Assembly: GCA_030390025.1 (NCBI GenBank)
Contig: CM059432.1
Location: forward strand, 49,602,001-49,666,000
Source: Squalus acanthias
Taxonomy: Eukaryota
Direction of reading: 5' to 3'
Length of the DNA: 64,000 nucleotides
Positions 63,617-64,000 of this stretch are shown here, piece after piece. Every line of letters begins with the position of its first letter. The stretch's first letter is position 1. The notes under the pieces are model-generated. The model searched no databases. It saw only the letters and a list, made by a program, of their open reading frames with translations, and was not told the DNA's origin. Position numbers and translations under genes: made by a program.

Positions 63617-64000
63617 CATAAGAACATAAGAAATAGGAGCAGGAGTAGGCCAATTGGCCCCTCGAGCCTGCTCCGCCATTCAATAAGATCATGGCTGATC
63701 TGATCCTAACCACCAATCTACTATCACAGAACCATCTCCTGAACCTAACAGAATTAGACACACGAAATAGGAGCAGGATCAGGCTACATGGCCCCTGGGC
63801 CCGCTGCACTACCCACAGGGCCATGACCAATCCAAACCTAGACTCATGTCCAAATTCCTGCCCATTCCCCGTAACCCTTAATTCCCTTTAATTCTAGGAA
63901 ACAGTCTATTTATGTTTTAAATTTATGTAATGATGTAGCTTCTACAGCTTTTTGGGGCAGCATATTCCATGGACCTACCACCCTCTGAGTGAAGTAGTTT
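63616..64000 (-). mobile_element. CR1 3' end fragments
   Basis: (CATAAGAA)n tail and AGGAGCAGGAGTAGGCC; ACCACCCTCTGAGTGAAG at the window edge. Confidence 0.75.

Noticed and set aside
1..64000. CRISPR arrays, operons or other prokaryotic systems
   Set aside because: No regular repeat-spacer array; content is eukaryotic, with spliceosomal introns and LINEs

Overview
Repeat-dense vertebrate DNA with no recognisable host protein-coding exon. The repeat repertoire suggests a cartilaginous fish (inference). The window is mostly nested transposable elements. These include many CR1 and L2 LINE copies and five PIF/Harbinger DNA transposons or large derivatives, each with a 3-exon Myb/SANT gene and a convergent HARBI1-type DDE nuclease, all disabled. 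There are also about 10 Harbinger-type MITEs with 3-bp A/T target duplications, a deleted Ty3/Gypsy element, two copies of one LTR, and two Penelope-like termini that each carry a minimal hammerhead ribozyme. The most unusual element is a 3.3-kb CR1-group LINE (466-3736, minus strand). It has no ORF1, starts with a tRNA-like A/B-box head, has no TTTT run on its sense strand until a terminal T8, and has two truncated siblings plus a SINE-like relative in the window. It is a candidate RNA polymerase III-transcribed LINE. Other points of interest are position-conserved, covarying hairpins in one MITE group, a 12-kb multi-layer nest, and a non-repetitive island (about 31.0-31.8 kb) with POU/CCAAT motifs and an AG|GTGAGT site. 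All calls are by eye; no searches were run.
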